Shown: in pieces, positions 10,431-19,590 of the stretch | How positions within the stretch are numbered: the first letter of the stretch is position 1 | Layout: the number at the start of each line of letters is the position of its first letter | Virus record (IMG/VR): IMGVR_UViG_3300009159_000033 | From: a virus | Reading direction: 5' to 3' (one strand) | Length of the DNA: 64,000 nt | Position numbers and translations under genes: made by a program | Notes under the pieces: generated by a model | Seen by the model: the letters and a program-made list of their open reading frames with translations, nothing else | Databases searched by the model: none | Told to the model about the DNA's origin: nothing

Positions 10431-10993
10431 CCAAGCATGTGTTAGTAGCAGGTACTCCCGGAGCTTGGACTAATCATGTGGCTAAACGCTTGCACAATTT
10501 TGGCTGGGCTGTGCTCTGGCCCAACCAAGACATAGAAATGCCACATATTCGTTTCTACTATGACCATGACTTCCAAAATTACGAAGCACAGAAGATTCAT
10601 GAAAGTATTTGTGAGAAACATGGGGTTAGTTGTTTAAGTGATAAGCTTCCTACTTATTACGATCCACCATTTCCGGGCCCATCTGAGTTTATTGCAAAGT
10701 TTGATAGCCCTGCTGTTATTTCCGCAACAACGATAGCCCCATTTTTAGATTTGTGGGCTAATACAACTAATGTTGTAATAGATATACAAGCAACAGAGGC
10801 AGAAGATAAAGCCATGATTGAACGTTGGACAAAGAGTTCATTTACCTCCGACTATATAAAATCTATCTGTAATTGTTATCATAATAGGTATAATGCTCAC
10901 TTGAAATTGTTTAGTAAAGTTTTCACAATGACAAACGCAGAAGTTAAGGACAGGCATTTTAATAAGTTAGATAAGTTTCTAACCTCTATTTAA
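10427..10993 (+). CDS. Sulfotransferase/P-loop-fold-like protein (degenerate)
   Basis: VLVAGTPGAWTNHVAKRL resembles the sulfotransferase 5'-PSB strand-loop-helix; GTGA overlap. Confidence 0.35.
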   Translation: MTKHVLVAGTPGAWTNHVAKRLHNFGWAVLWPNQDIEMPHIRFYYDHDFQNYEAQKIHESICEKHGVSCLSDKLPTYYDPPFPGPSEFIAKFDSPAVISATTIAPFLDLWANTTNVVIDIQATEAEDKAMIERWTKSSFTSDYIKSICNCYHNRYNAHLKLFSKVFTMTNAEVKDRHFNKLDKFLTSI

Positions 10994-11018
10994 TGTTTTT
11001 AAAACAAGGATAAACGCA

Positions 11019-12314
11019 ATGAGTAATTCAGATGGGTCGATTGAACAGCAAATGAAGGCATCGTTGAGCAAGGCATCGGGTGTGCCAATTGCCACTCCTC
11101 CAGTTGCTCCCCCGGTTGCCCCTATTGTCACACCTTCAATCGCACCCCCAGTTGCAGCCCCCGGTGTTGTGCACATAGGTAACATCGCTGCAGCATTGAA
11201 TCCTGCTGCCCATAAGCAAGCAGCAACCCAAGTAGTGGTAAACGATGCCTTTCCTTATGATGTCGCATTTAACATGGCATTTCTGGGGTCTGGGCAGGGC
11301 GGTGCTCGCTTAGCCTCCAGCTTCTGGTCCTTAGGCTATAGACGAGTGGCCTTATTCAATACCGCAGAAAGCGACTTCCAAGGTTTACCCGATGAGATTC
11401 AGCGACACACGCTGCAATTGGGTGGGGCTGCAAAAGATGCAAGGTTTGCTGAACAAGCCATAAATGGGCACGAAGAGGAAATCTGGGATCTGTTGCAACG
11501 TTCATGGGGCAACGATGTGGACTATGGCTTAATCTGTGTTGGCCTAGGTGGTGGTACTGGCTCTGGTACTAGCGGTAAGCTGGTACAAGTGGCTAGAGAG
11601 TACTTAGAGTCAAAAGGCAAGCCACCCCGAGTTGGAGTGATAGCTTCAATTCCGGCTTTTACGGAAGGTCAGCAAGTATGTCGCAATGCAGTTACATCCT
11701 TCCAAAGATTAATGGAGCTCAAAGTAAGCCCATTAATCTTGATTGACAATGCACGCATTAACCAACTGTATCGCCCAGGCATGGCACAGCTGTACAATGT
11801 GGCTAATAGCACAGTCAGTCAGCTATTCCATTTGTTTAATCAATTGGCTGCGGTACATAGCCCTTTAATCACCTTTGATCGCAGTGAGCTAGCTCAGTTA
11901 CTGGATCATGGTATCTGTGTGATGGGTGCAGCCAGCTTACAAAACATCACTAGCCCTGCAGACATCTCTGCAGCGATTAGGGATCAGCTCACTAACAATG
12001 TGTTAGCTGAGGTGGATTTAAAGCAAGGCACCAAGGGTGCTTGTCTGTTCGTAGGTGATCAGCATCACTTGGACAGCCTCGGTTTAGAGTACTTTGATGC
12101 AGGGTTCACGCAAATGAATCGTACATTGAAGGGTGGTACTAGTGTGGTGCATAGGGGTGTGTACATTGGCTCGTCGCCTGGGTTACAAGCTTATGCTATG
12201 ATTAGTGATCTTAAGCCACCCTTGCCTACCTTGGCAAAGTTGGCAAAAGAAGCTAATATTTCCAAAAGTCAGCTGACCAGTGGGTTAGCTCAGTTCCTCG
12301 GTGTGAATGATTAG
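11019..12314 (+). CDS. Tubulin/FtsZ-family GTPase (PhuZ/TubZ-like) with a Pro-rich N-terminal extension
   Basis: GSGQGGARLA (T1), FNTAESD, signature GLGGGTGSG, LIDN, T7-like ITFDRSEL. Confidence 0.85.
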   Translation: MSNSDGSIEQQMKASLSKASGVPIATPPVAPPVAPIVTPSIAPPVAAPGVVHIGNIAAALNPAAHKQAATQVVVNDAFPYDVAFNMAFLGSGQGGARLASSFWSLGYRRVALFNTAESDFQGLPDEIQRHTLQLGGAAKDARFAEQAINGHEEEIWDLLQRSWGNDVDYGLICVGLGGGTGSGTSGKLVQVAREYLESKGKPPRVGVIASIPAFTEGQQVCRNAVTSFQRLMELKVSPLILIDNARINQLYRPGMAQLYNVANSTVSQLFHLFNQLAAVHSPLITFDRSELAQLLDHGICVMGAASLQNITSPADISAAIRDQLTNNVLAEVDLKQGTKGACLFVGDQHHLDSLGLEYFDAGFTQMNRTLKGGTSVVHRGVYIGSSPGLQAYAMISDLKPPLPTLAKLAKEANISKSQLTSGLAQFLGVND

Positions 12315-12326
12315 GAAAGGATTGAT

Positions 12327-12632
12327 ATGAATAGTGTTATAAACGGAAAATCTGGAGAGCTTCCCGATTTGATTGCTTTCTTGACTACGGCATATCGTAA
12401 AGAAATCAAGATTCCCGAAGGTGTTCAAGATTCTTCAGATGCTTTTGTTAGCTGGGCAAAGAGCTATCTAGCCAAATATCGCCCTAGCGAAGTATTTGCT
12501 GTAGATAACAACTATGGGGTACAATTAAACAATGGGCAGCGTCTTCAAATCAGTCCTAGTGCCTCTGTAGATGGGGCTGTAGCTGGTAAGATGGCGAGCC
12601 AAGATTCATCGATTGCAATCTTTAATAGTTAG
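12327..12632 (+). CDS. Hypothetical protein
   Basis: 101-aa ORF with SD after the tubulin gene. Confidence 0.55.
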   Translation: MNSVINGKSGELPDLIAFLTTAYRKEIKIPEGVQDSSDAFVSWAKSYLAKYRPSEVFAVDNNYGVQLNNGQRLQISPSASVDGAVAGKMASQDSSIAIFNS

Positions 12633-12649
12633 TGTTTTGCCTTATTAGC

Positions 12650-12682
12650 AGCGGGATTGAACGAATTCAACCCGCTATTTTG
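12650..12682 (+). terminator. Intrinsic terminator-like hairpin
   Basis: AGCGGG-A-TTGAA/CGAA/TTCAA-CCCGCT followed by ATTTTGTTT. Confidence 0.6.
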
Positions 12683-12715
12683 TTTCGTTACCATGTATAG
12701 AAAAAGAGGTATAAA

Positions 12716-13279
12716 ATGGACTCTGCACAGAAATTGCCTAGGTTGAGACGAGGTAGGAAGGGTTTAGGACTTAAAGAACTAATAGATTATATCAACAAAA
12801 TAGCTCCAACTAAGGAAATGACATTAGTAGAGATAGGAGCTTATGCAGGGGAATCTACATCTGTCTTTTGTGAGAATTTTAAAAGCGTAATCACAATTGA
12901 TCCTTATCTTAATGGATATGACCCCAGCAATAAAATTAGTTATATAGTTCCCATGTCTAGGGTGTATGAAGTATTTTGTCAAAATATGCAAAAATACGAT
13001 AACTATAGGCTAATACAAAAAAAATCTGATGAAGCTATTCTTGAGCTAGCTGATCAGCAATTTGATGTTATTTACATAGATGGTGCGCATCAGTATGAGC
13101 AAGCAAACAATGATATTATTAATTACAGCAAAATTGTAAAAGTAGGCGGGTTTATAACTGGTCATGATTATAACAAACGCTGGACTGGTGTTGTCCAAGC
13201 TGTATCTGAAAACTTTAACAAACCTGAAGTAAGATTTAGAGACTCAAGCTGGTTAGTAAGAAAAACTGAAAAGGTATAA
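12716..13279 (+). CDS. Class I SAM-dependent methyltransferase (Methyltransf_24-like)
   Basis: VEIGAYAGES, DVIYIDGAHQYE, GGFITGHDY. Confidence 0.8.
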   Translation: MDSAQKLPRLRRGRKGLGLKELIDYINKIAPTKEMTLVEIGAYAGESTSVFCENFKSVITIDPYLNGYDPSNKISYIVPMSRVYEVFCQNMQKYDNYRLIQKKSDEAILELADQQFDVIYIDGAHQYEQANNDIINYSKIVKVGGFITGHDYNKRWTGVVQAVSENFNKPEVRFRDSSWLVRKTEKV

Positions 13280-13283
13280 TAGT

Positions 13284-13853
13284 ATGAGCACATCTCAAAT
13301 CTTTCAAATGAGAGGTGAAGAGTTAGAGCAAGGTTTGCTAGATATGATAGCTTATATCAACAGAAGATCTCCGACTAAAAACATGAGACTGTTAGAGATA
13401 GGTGCTTATACTGGGGAATCAACAGCCATCTTTTGTCAGCACTTTAAACATGTAACTACTATTGATCCGTATAAGGGTAGTTATGACCCACAAGACTATG
13501 TTTGTTACTTTTCTCCCATGTCTACAGTCTATGAAGCATTTTGCGCAAGGATGAGCAAGTACACCAACTACACACTAATAATTAAAACATCTGACGAGGC
13601 TATTAAGGATATAGCAGATCAGCCGGTAGTGCACTGCTTTGATGTAGTGTATATAGATGGCATGCACCAGTATGAACAAGTGAAACGAGACATATTGAAT
13701 TATAGGGTTGTGGTGAACCGAGGTGGGTTTGTCACTGGGCATGATTATGGGGGTGGTTGGGTAGGTTATGTGGATAAGGCTGTAGATGAGATCTATGGAG
13801 CACCAGATGTTGTTTTCAATGATACTAGCTGGTTAGTTAGAAAAGGCACTTGA
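13284..13853 (+). CDS. Class I SAM-dependent methyltransferase, tandem paralog of the previous gene
   Basis: LEIGAYTGES, DVVYIDGMHQYE, GGFVTGHDY; colinear with 12716 ORF. Confidence 0.8.
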   Translation: MSTSQIFQMRGEELEQGLLDMIAYINRRSPTKNMRLLEIGAYTGESTAIFCQHFKHVTTIDPYKGSYDPQDYVCYFSPMSTVYEAFCARMSKYTNYTLIIKTSDEAIKDIADQPVVHCFDVVYIDGMHQYEQVKRDILNYRVVVNRGGFVTGHDYGGGWVGYVDKAVDEIYGAPDVVFNDTSWLVRKGT

Positions 13854-13902
13854 CAGAAAGTGCGATATCGAACACCCTTATTTGGCCAATGCCTTAGGAA
13901 AA

Positions 13903-14448
13903 ATGAATATGAAAATTAGGCCATTTGACGGCAAAGTATTAGATGAGATTATATGTATGTTTAATAACGATGTAGTTATTTGCGGAAGCTTATTAGATTA
14001 CCTTTACATAGACTATGCAACTGTACATGATTTTGATTTCATTACTGATAAATTTGTTTTTCTTAAAAGTTTTAATCTATCTGAGTTAAACAACGAAATA
14101 AACTTAAATGGTTTTTCTCTTAAAAAGAAAACAGTAACAACTTACAAACATGTATCATATTTTGGAAGATACAAAGAAAATACAACAGTAGACTTTTTTA
14201 TAAAGGACCAAGTTGTAGACGATGTTAATGTACAAATAACTTCAAGTTTATTTCTTGATAACAGCAGATATGAAACCTATACAGTTAACAATGTGGCAAC
14301 GCGAAAGAAAAGACTAAATGAATTACTTGTAATTGCTAGTAGCACTGATGATGCTAATGAGAACTGGATCTTAGAGTGGAGAAAGAAAAAGTTACAACAA
14401 GTAAATGAAAAGTTACCCTTGTATAACAACAAATTTCCCAATGACTAA
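13903..14448 (+). CDS. Possible nucleotidyltransferase-fold protein, AT-rich gene
   Basis: VICGSL followed by HDFDFI (GS + DxD). Confidence 0.4.
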   Translation: MNMKIRPFDGKVLDEIICMFNNDVVICGSLLDYLYIDYATVHDFDFITDKFVFLKSFNLSELNNEINLNGFSLKKKTVTTYKHVSYFGRYKENTTVDFFIKDQVVDDVNVQITSSLFLDNSRYETYTVNNVATRKKRLNELLVIASSTDDANENWILEWRKKKLQQVNEKLPLYNNKFPND

Positions 14449-14515
14449 CTAGAATACCGCTAAACAGGCCCATATTGTGATAGATTTCAGAGCATACTGC
14501 AGAAAGGATTAGATA

Positions 14516-14785
14516 ATGGCTAACTTATACGGCAATTTAGTGGACATTGTGGCGGACCATTTGGAGATCGAAGCGGATCGCATTCGATCCACTGACACCT
14601 TTCATTCCCTAGGAATAGACAGTCTTAGCTCTATGGAGCTATGGTTCGTGATTGAAGATCGCTGGGGCATAGACAAGGACTTAGTAGACAACGGCATGCA
14701 CCAGACCTTGGGAGATCTAGCACACCAGCTAGAGCAACAAGTCCATAAACAAGGCATGCCTGACAAGCCAGTTTTCATCAAGTGA
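14516..14785 (+). CDS. acpP: Acyl carrier protein
   Basis: LGIDSLSSMEL phosphopantetheinylation motif; small acidic protein. Confidence 0.8.
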   Translation: MANLYGNLVDIVADHLEIEADRIRSTDTFHSLGIDSLSSMELWFVIEDRWGIDKDLVDNGMHQTLGDLAHQLEQQVHKQGMPDKPVFIK

Positions 14786-14797
14786 TGGAATTTAGTT

Positions 14798-14813
14798 TCA
14801 AATCCGGATTTTA
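14798..14813. promoter_or_regulatory. 16-bp palindromic site (1 mismatch) TCAAATCCGGATTTTA
   Basis: Intergenic, upstream of ATG 14832. Confidence 0.65.
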
Positions 14814-14831
14814 ACTTGCAAGGATGCATGT

Positions 14832-15182
14832 ATGTGGTTCGCACTATCGGATGGTGGTGAATTAAACAAATCTGAATTTCTAAATGAACTTCGCAACAAT
14901 CGTGTATGTCCTCTGCTGGTGTACCAGAAGGAAGATCAAGCAATTGTCCCTACATTTGCGAGCCAAGAGCTTGCTGCCCGATTCGCTAGACGAAACACTT
15001 CCAAGGAATGCTCGGTTGGAGCAATGGAAGCTATAGAGGAAGATATGGAAAAGCTTCGCAAGGAAGGCTTTGTCTTCGAGAAGCTGGAATGGCCCAATCT
15101 TCGTAGTGTTACTGTGCATGTCCTATGGATAGATCGAGAGGTGGAACCAATAACCAAAGGCTTTAGAAAAGACATTAGTTGA
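14832..15182 (+). CDS. Hypothetical protein
   Basis: 116-aa ORF with SD agga. Confidence 0.55.
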   Translation: MWFALSDGGELNKSEFLNELRNNRVCPLLVYQKEDQAIVPTFASQELAARFARRNTSKECSVGAMEAIEEDMEKLRKEGFVFEKLEWPNLRSVTVHVLWIDREVEPITKGFRKDIS

Positions 15183-15196
15183 TGTTATAAACTCTC

Positions 15197-15904
15197 TTGA
15201 AAGGAATTCTCATGTTTAATTGCGTTTTTGTTTTAATTGCACTGCCCCTACAGGGAGCAGTTTCTTTCCCCAATGCAGGCCAAGATCAATACTTACCTTT
15301 AGCGGAACAACAAAGGATCCATAAGATGTGGCCCAAGGGATTAGCATTCCCCGATAGGCTGCACTTCTACAACCGATCTAACTACAGCCAGCGACTCACT
15401 ATCACCAATGGACTGGATCACCATGTATGGGTGCCTACCAGCCAAGACGACAGCATTGCAAGGGAAACTAACCCCAACCGCAAGTTTCCTTGGGCAACCT
15501 CGGGTGGTACAGACGATCTAGCCGACTTTGTATCCTATGTGGGAGTATCCTTCCCCAAAGATGCGGAAGTAAACCTCTACATTGAGAATGTGGATGCAGG
15601 AGCAAGAAGGGCATTACCCATGCACAAGTGGGGCTGGCCCAAAGGTTCTATCTTCATTGACATGCTAACGCACAAAAAACAAACCTTTGAGGTGCGTAAG
15701 CGTGAGAAGGTGAGCGAAGATGAATGGACATCTAAAGTGGTATTCACTGACGCTGACTGTGCCCCTAATGGTTTCACTGGGGCTGGGCAGTCGTGTATGT
15801 CCTGTCATGGTAAGACTGGTAGCCAAGATGGCTATGGGATTAGGATCCGTGGTGGTGATACCGTGTTCTCCTTAACCCCAGTCAGTCTGATACCTAAAAA
15901 ATAG
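15197..15904 (+). CDS. Secreted c-type heme protein, cytochrome P460-like fold
   Basis: N-terminal hydrophobic signal; C-terminal SCMSCHG (CxxCH); WPKGSIFIDML...FEVRKRE..W pattern. Confidence 0.55.
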   Translation: MKGILMFNCVFVLIALPLQGAVSFPNAGQDQYLPLAEQQRIHKMWPKGLAFPDRLHFYNRSNYSQRLTITNGLDHHVWVPTSQDDSIARETNPNRKFPWATSGGTDDLADFVSYVGVSFPKDAEVNLYIENVDAGARRALPMHKWGWPKGSIFIDMLTHKKQTFEVRKREKVSEDEWTSKVVFTDADCAPNGFTGAGQSCMSCHGKTGSQDGYGIRIRGGDTVFSLTPVSLIPKK

Positions 15905-15905
15905 C

Positions 15906-15966
15906 TCCATATCTCTGCTAGGCTGAGATATGGAAGCATCGCCAGTCTATATTATAGGCTGGCGAT
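15906..15966. terminator. Two adjacent strong hairpins
   Basis: TCCATATCTC/GAGATATGGA (10 bp) and ATCGCCAGTCTAT/ATAGGCTGGCGAT (13 bp, one G-U). Confidence 0.5.
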
Positions 15967-16002
15967 AATATCAATAACTTTGATCATATTTGCAATGCTG
16001 CT

Positions 16003-16482
16003 GTGTACTATTTAGGCATGTCTTGGGTAGACTCATATCTTATGAGACGCACTATGAAAACAGCCAAAGCCCTCCCCGATATTGCTTCAGCACCGCATCT
16101 GACAGCATGGCCTGTCGCAATGCAGATAAGTCGCTGTAGGCAGAAGGCTACACTTCAAGACATGAGCTCTAAGGGGCTATCTGACCTAGTGTGTAATGGT
16201 TGGCACTGTGACTTAAATCCGGAATTTAACTGCTTATCTTTGAACCTAGTAGCTGGGCAAAGAAAGTCGTTATGTCACTGGGTTAAGAAGTTCAGCATGC
16301 TGGGGCATGAGCACTGCATACTAATACAATTGCCAAAGACTGAAGTGTTGCTGTACCGCCCTGTGTGTACGCAATCTAGTGACGATTATCTCTGCTTTCA
16401 TTACTTAAACCGAATATACCGACCTTGGAAACAATTCACCTTTGACAAGGAGTCTTACCATGGCCAGCAAGAAGAAACCTAA
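16003..16482 (+). CDS. Hypothetical protein, start uncertain
   Basis: Fills the gap before phoH; GTG start without a clear SD. Confidence 0.4.
   Translation: MYYLGMSWVDSYLMRRTMKTAKALPDIASAPHLTAWPVAMQISRCRQKATLQDMSSKGLSDLVCNGWHCDLNPEFNCLSLNLVAGQRKSLCHWVKKFSMLGHEHCILIQLPKTEVLLYRPVCTQSSDDYLCFHYLNRIYRPWKQFTFDKESYHGQQEET
16213..16228. promoter_or_regulatory. 16-bp palindromic site (1 mismatch) TTAAATCCGGAATTTA
   Basis: Within the 16003 ORF, about 230 nt upstream of phoH. Confidence 0.5.
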
Positions 16483-17122
16483 TACACCTACATCATTGCA
16501 AGAGACTGTGTTTCACTTTAAGCCCGCTAACCCTACTCAGATCAAAGTTGCTAAAGATTACCCGACTCATGACCTTATCTTTTTGACCGGACCCGCTGGG
16601 ACAGGCAAAACTCATTGTGCCCTCGCTTGTGCACTACAAGAGCTATTAGCTGGTGAGAAGAAACAAATCTTAGTGGTTAGGCCCATTGTAGAGGTGGGTG
16701 ATACCCTAGGATTCTTACCAGGCACTGTAGAGGAGAAGATATCTCCTTACTTTGATCCTATCCGAAGATTGATCAAACGCTTGACCTATAAGCTGCCCGA
16801 GGAAGCTGTATTGTTTCAGCCCTTAGCCTATATGCGGGGCGATACCTTCGAGGACACTGTCTTGTTCCTTGATGAGGCCCAAAACGCAACCTATAGCCAA
16901 CTTAAGATGTTTTTGACTAGGGTGGGCAACAACTCTAAGGTACTCATCTCCTGCGATCCCGAGCAAACAGATGTTAGACCACACAACCCTGACAACACAC
17001 CTTGTGATATACTCTCTGTAATGCAGCGGTTGTCCCCTATGCCTACCGCATGCACGCATACTTTTACTGAAGGTGAGTCGCTTCGCCATCCGTTGGTGCG
17101 TGAAGTGCTAAAGAGACTGTAA
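16460..17122 (+). CDS. phoH: PhoH-family ATPase
   Basis: GPAGTGKT, LGFLPG, PLAYMRGDTF, LDEAQN, FLTRVG, RHPLV; SD aaggag. Confidence 0.92.
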   Translation: MASKKKPNTPTSLQETVFHFKPANPTQIKVAKDYPTHDLIFLTGPAGTGKTHCALACALQELLAGEKKQILVVRPIVEVGDTLGFLPGTVEEKISPYFDPIRRLIKRLTYKLPEEAVLFQPLAYMRGDTFEDTVLFLDEAQNATYSQLKMFLTRVGNNSKVLISCDPEQTDVRPHNPDNTPCDILSVMQRLSPMPTACTHTFTEGESLRHPLVREVLKRL

Positions 17123-17138
17123 ACTAATAAGGTTAATC

Positions 17139-18287
17139 ATGGCTAACATTCCTAAACTGCGATTGATGCTTGCTCGGCTGGAGAAAGAAGCTGCAGTAAC
17201 CAAGGCAGAGCTACCATGGCGAGACAGAGTTGAGGTCTACACTCAAAACCCCAAGGGCAAGATCTATGGTGGCATTTGGGACAATGACAAGTCCTTTGCC
17301 CTCCCTGGCGGTGGTATTGACGAAGGTGAGGATCCTTTAGTAGCTGCTTTGAGAGAGCTTAAGGAAGAGACAGGCATTACTGCCAAGAATCCTAGGTTGC
17401 TCCCTATTGATCCCGTAGACAGTCCTTGGAGTGATGCTCATAGAGCTAAGATTAAACGCAACTTCGCTGGTTCTAGAACGCACTTTGTTTTAGCGGACGC
17501 TATGGGTAGACGAGGTAACAAGAACTTAGATGTCTGGAATGCTTCTAATAGGGGTTATTATACACCAGCCAAAGCCATTGATATCATGAACAGCAACACT
17601 AATTACATGGCTCCTACAGCTGCTGCTGCTCGGCTCAAAGCTTTGCAGCATATCCAGTCCCTAGCCATGGCAGCAGCTAAAGAAAAGTCAGCCGCTCCAA
17701 TGAACCTATACTCTTACATTCCAAGTAGTTCTATCGAGCATGTAAAAAAGCATGGACTGTTATCGGGAAACGAATTAGCAAAGCCCGAAAATAGGCACTT
17801 GTTAGACATAGCTAGACCAGATGGAGATGCAGACAGATGGCTCAAAGAAAGGGATGCAAGATTAGCTAAGTCTCCATGGACAAACTCTTATAACGGCCCC
17901 TCTGCTTTCTTTGGGGACATAGACGCTGGGAAAATCCACGATAAGCACCCAATCAAGAAGTTTGATACAACTAGGGCTGTAATTAAATTACGAGAACTAT
18001 TGAGGGACTACCCCGCTACAAAGATGGAAGGTAGCGAATTGATTCCATTCTCAGACACTACTTACGATGCCTTAGATGAAAAAGGTCAAAATGAATTTGT
18101 GAATAAACGGCATCATACGCTATCATTGGACGAGATTAAGGCATTGCTGACGAGGGGTCAAAACCCGAAAGATATGTGGAAAGACTTCAAGGACACAGAA
18201 GGTAAGTACTACGCATCAGACGTGCCACATGCACAAGTTGTTACACCTATGGGAAAGATACCTTCTAAATACATTGAGTTTAAATAA
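17139..18287 (+). CDS. Nudix hydrolase fused to a second, possibly ADP-ribosyltransferase-like, domain
   Basis: Nudix box GGGIDEGEDPLVAALRELKEETG; linker KEKSAA; then LYSY...IEHVKKHGLLS and GKIPSKYI. Confidence 0.7.
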   Translation: MANIPKLRLMLARLEKEAAVTKAELPWRDRVEVYTQNPKGKIYGGIWDNDKSFALPGGGIDEGEDPLVAALRELKEETGITAKNPRLLPIDPVDSPWSDAHRAKIKRNFAGSRTHFVLADAMGRRGNKNLDVWNASNRGYYTPAKAIDIMNSNTNYMAPTAAAARLKALQHIQSLAMAAAKEKSAAPMNLYSYIPSSSIEHVKKHGLLSGNELAKPENRHLLDIARPDGDADRWLKERDARLAKSPWTNSYNGPSAFFGDIDAGKIHDKHPIKKFDTTRAVIKLRELLRDYPATKMEGSELIPFSDTTYDALDEKGQNEFVNKRHHTLSLDEIKALLTRGQNPKDMWKDFKDTEGKYYASDVPHAQVVTPMGKIPSKYIEFK

Positions 18288-18294
18288 GTAAGTA

Positions 18295-18879
18295 ATGAAA
18301 AAGTTAGAAATTGGACCATCTAGTCACCAGCGTACCCCCGATGGTGCACCTACAGCGACTTGGGATACATTAGATAGTAGCTATAAAGCGACCTTCAACG
18401 CTAAATGGTCTGGTGATGTAGCCTCACTCCCTATCCCAGAATCTACCTACGATTGGGTGCACGCTTCGCATGTATTAGAACATTTGCCATGGTGGCAGAC
18501 TATTGGTGCGTTGACCGCTGTACATAACATCTTGAAGTTTGGTGGTCGGTTTACAGTTTGGGTGCCCGATGCTTTAAAAATCATCAAGTTAGCAATGGAA
18601 GATCCTGCGCAATTGCAAGAGCTTGAGAAGATTTGGCGGTGCGGTGGTCTTAACCCTAGCAAAGATCCTTGGATTTACATGAATGCTCGTGTATTCTGGG
18701 GAGCTAGGCCGGGCGAGGTAGGACAGGAGCAGCACTTTCATCGTGCTATGTTTGGGGAAGAATCATTGAAAAGGTTGATGGAGAAGGCTGGGTTCACTAG
18801 CGTGGCTCGAATTGAGCGGGACACCGCTGTTGATGTGGGGCATGGTTGGATGGAAATTGGGATGGAAGGGTTTAAATGA
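18295..18879 (+). CDS. Class I SAM-dependent methyltransferase (Methyltransf_11-like)
   Basis: LEIGP, YDWVHASHVLEHL, ILKFGGRF. Confidence 0.75.
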   Translation: MKKLEIGPSSHQRTPDGAPTATWDTLDSSYKATFNAKWSGDVASLPIPESTYDWVHASHVLEHLPWWQTIGALTAVHNILKFGGRFTVWVPDALKIIKLAMEDPAQLQELEKIWRCGGLNPSKDPWIYMNARVFWGARPGEVGQEQHFHRAMFGEESLKRLMEKAGFTSVARIERDTAVDVGHGWMEIGMEGFK

Positions 18880-19589
18880 GCAAGATAACCTTTGTCCTTT
18901 TGAACTATAAGCGACCCGATAACTTAATTAAACATATCATCCCAAGCTTATTAAAGAACGAGCTAACCGCTAAAGTGATCGTGTCTCACGCACTGAGAGA
19001 GACTTGCTTTGATACCTATGTACATGACGATAGGTTACTACAGTTAAAAAGCTTTGACGAGCAGAAGCGGGTAGGGATGTATTGTAGGTTCTTAGCCACG
19101 GAAAGAGCCACCACTGAGTGTATTGCCTTTCAAGACGATGACTTCTTAGTAGATAATGCTTCTATTAAGTTTTGTTATGAGCAGTGGGCAGAAGACAAGC
19201 ATTCCATTCATGGGGTTACAGGTAGGGTTATAACAGAAGACACCTACATTCCTAAAGATACACCCTCTGCCCGTGTTCCAGTGATATTGCCCCACTTTGC
19301 CATGACCTCTAGCCTTACGATAAAGAAAGTGATGGAGCTGGCACCTACAGTTGCACCCTATGTTCAAGACTGTACACCGATATGGAATGGGGAAGACATC
19401 TTTCTAAGCATTGTTGCGATGTTGCAAACAAAGAAGTTCAACCGAAGGCATGATTTGAAGCTCCAAGCATTACCATGCCCCGCTGCTATTTGTGAAATCG
19501 AAGGACACTATGACCATAGAACTTACCTAGTTACAAAATTATTTAAACTATTTCCAGAGCTCAAAGAAATATTTAAATCAAATAATTGA
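18876..19589 (+). CDS. GT-A glycosyltransferase (GT64/EXTL2-like)
   Basis: LLNYKRP, IAFQDDD, NGEDIF motifs. Confidence 0.65.
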   Translation: MSKITFVLLNYKRPDNLIKHIIPSLLKNELTAKVIVSHALRETCFDTYVHDDRLLQLKSFDEQKRVGMYCRFLATERATTECIAFQDDDFLVDNASIKFCYEQWAEDKHSIHGVTGRVITEDTYIPKDTPSARVPVILPHFAMTSSLTIKKVMELAPTVAPYVQDCTPIWNGEDIFLSIVAMLQTKKFNRRHDLKLQALPCPAAICEIEGHYDHRTYLVTKLFKLFPELKEIFKSNN

Positions 19590-19590
19590 G

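Noticed and set aside
11019-12632. Phage nucleus (chimallin) system
   Set aside because: Only the tubulin is visible and I could not recognise a chimallin; not assessable from this window
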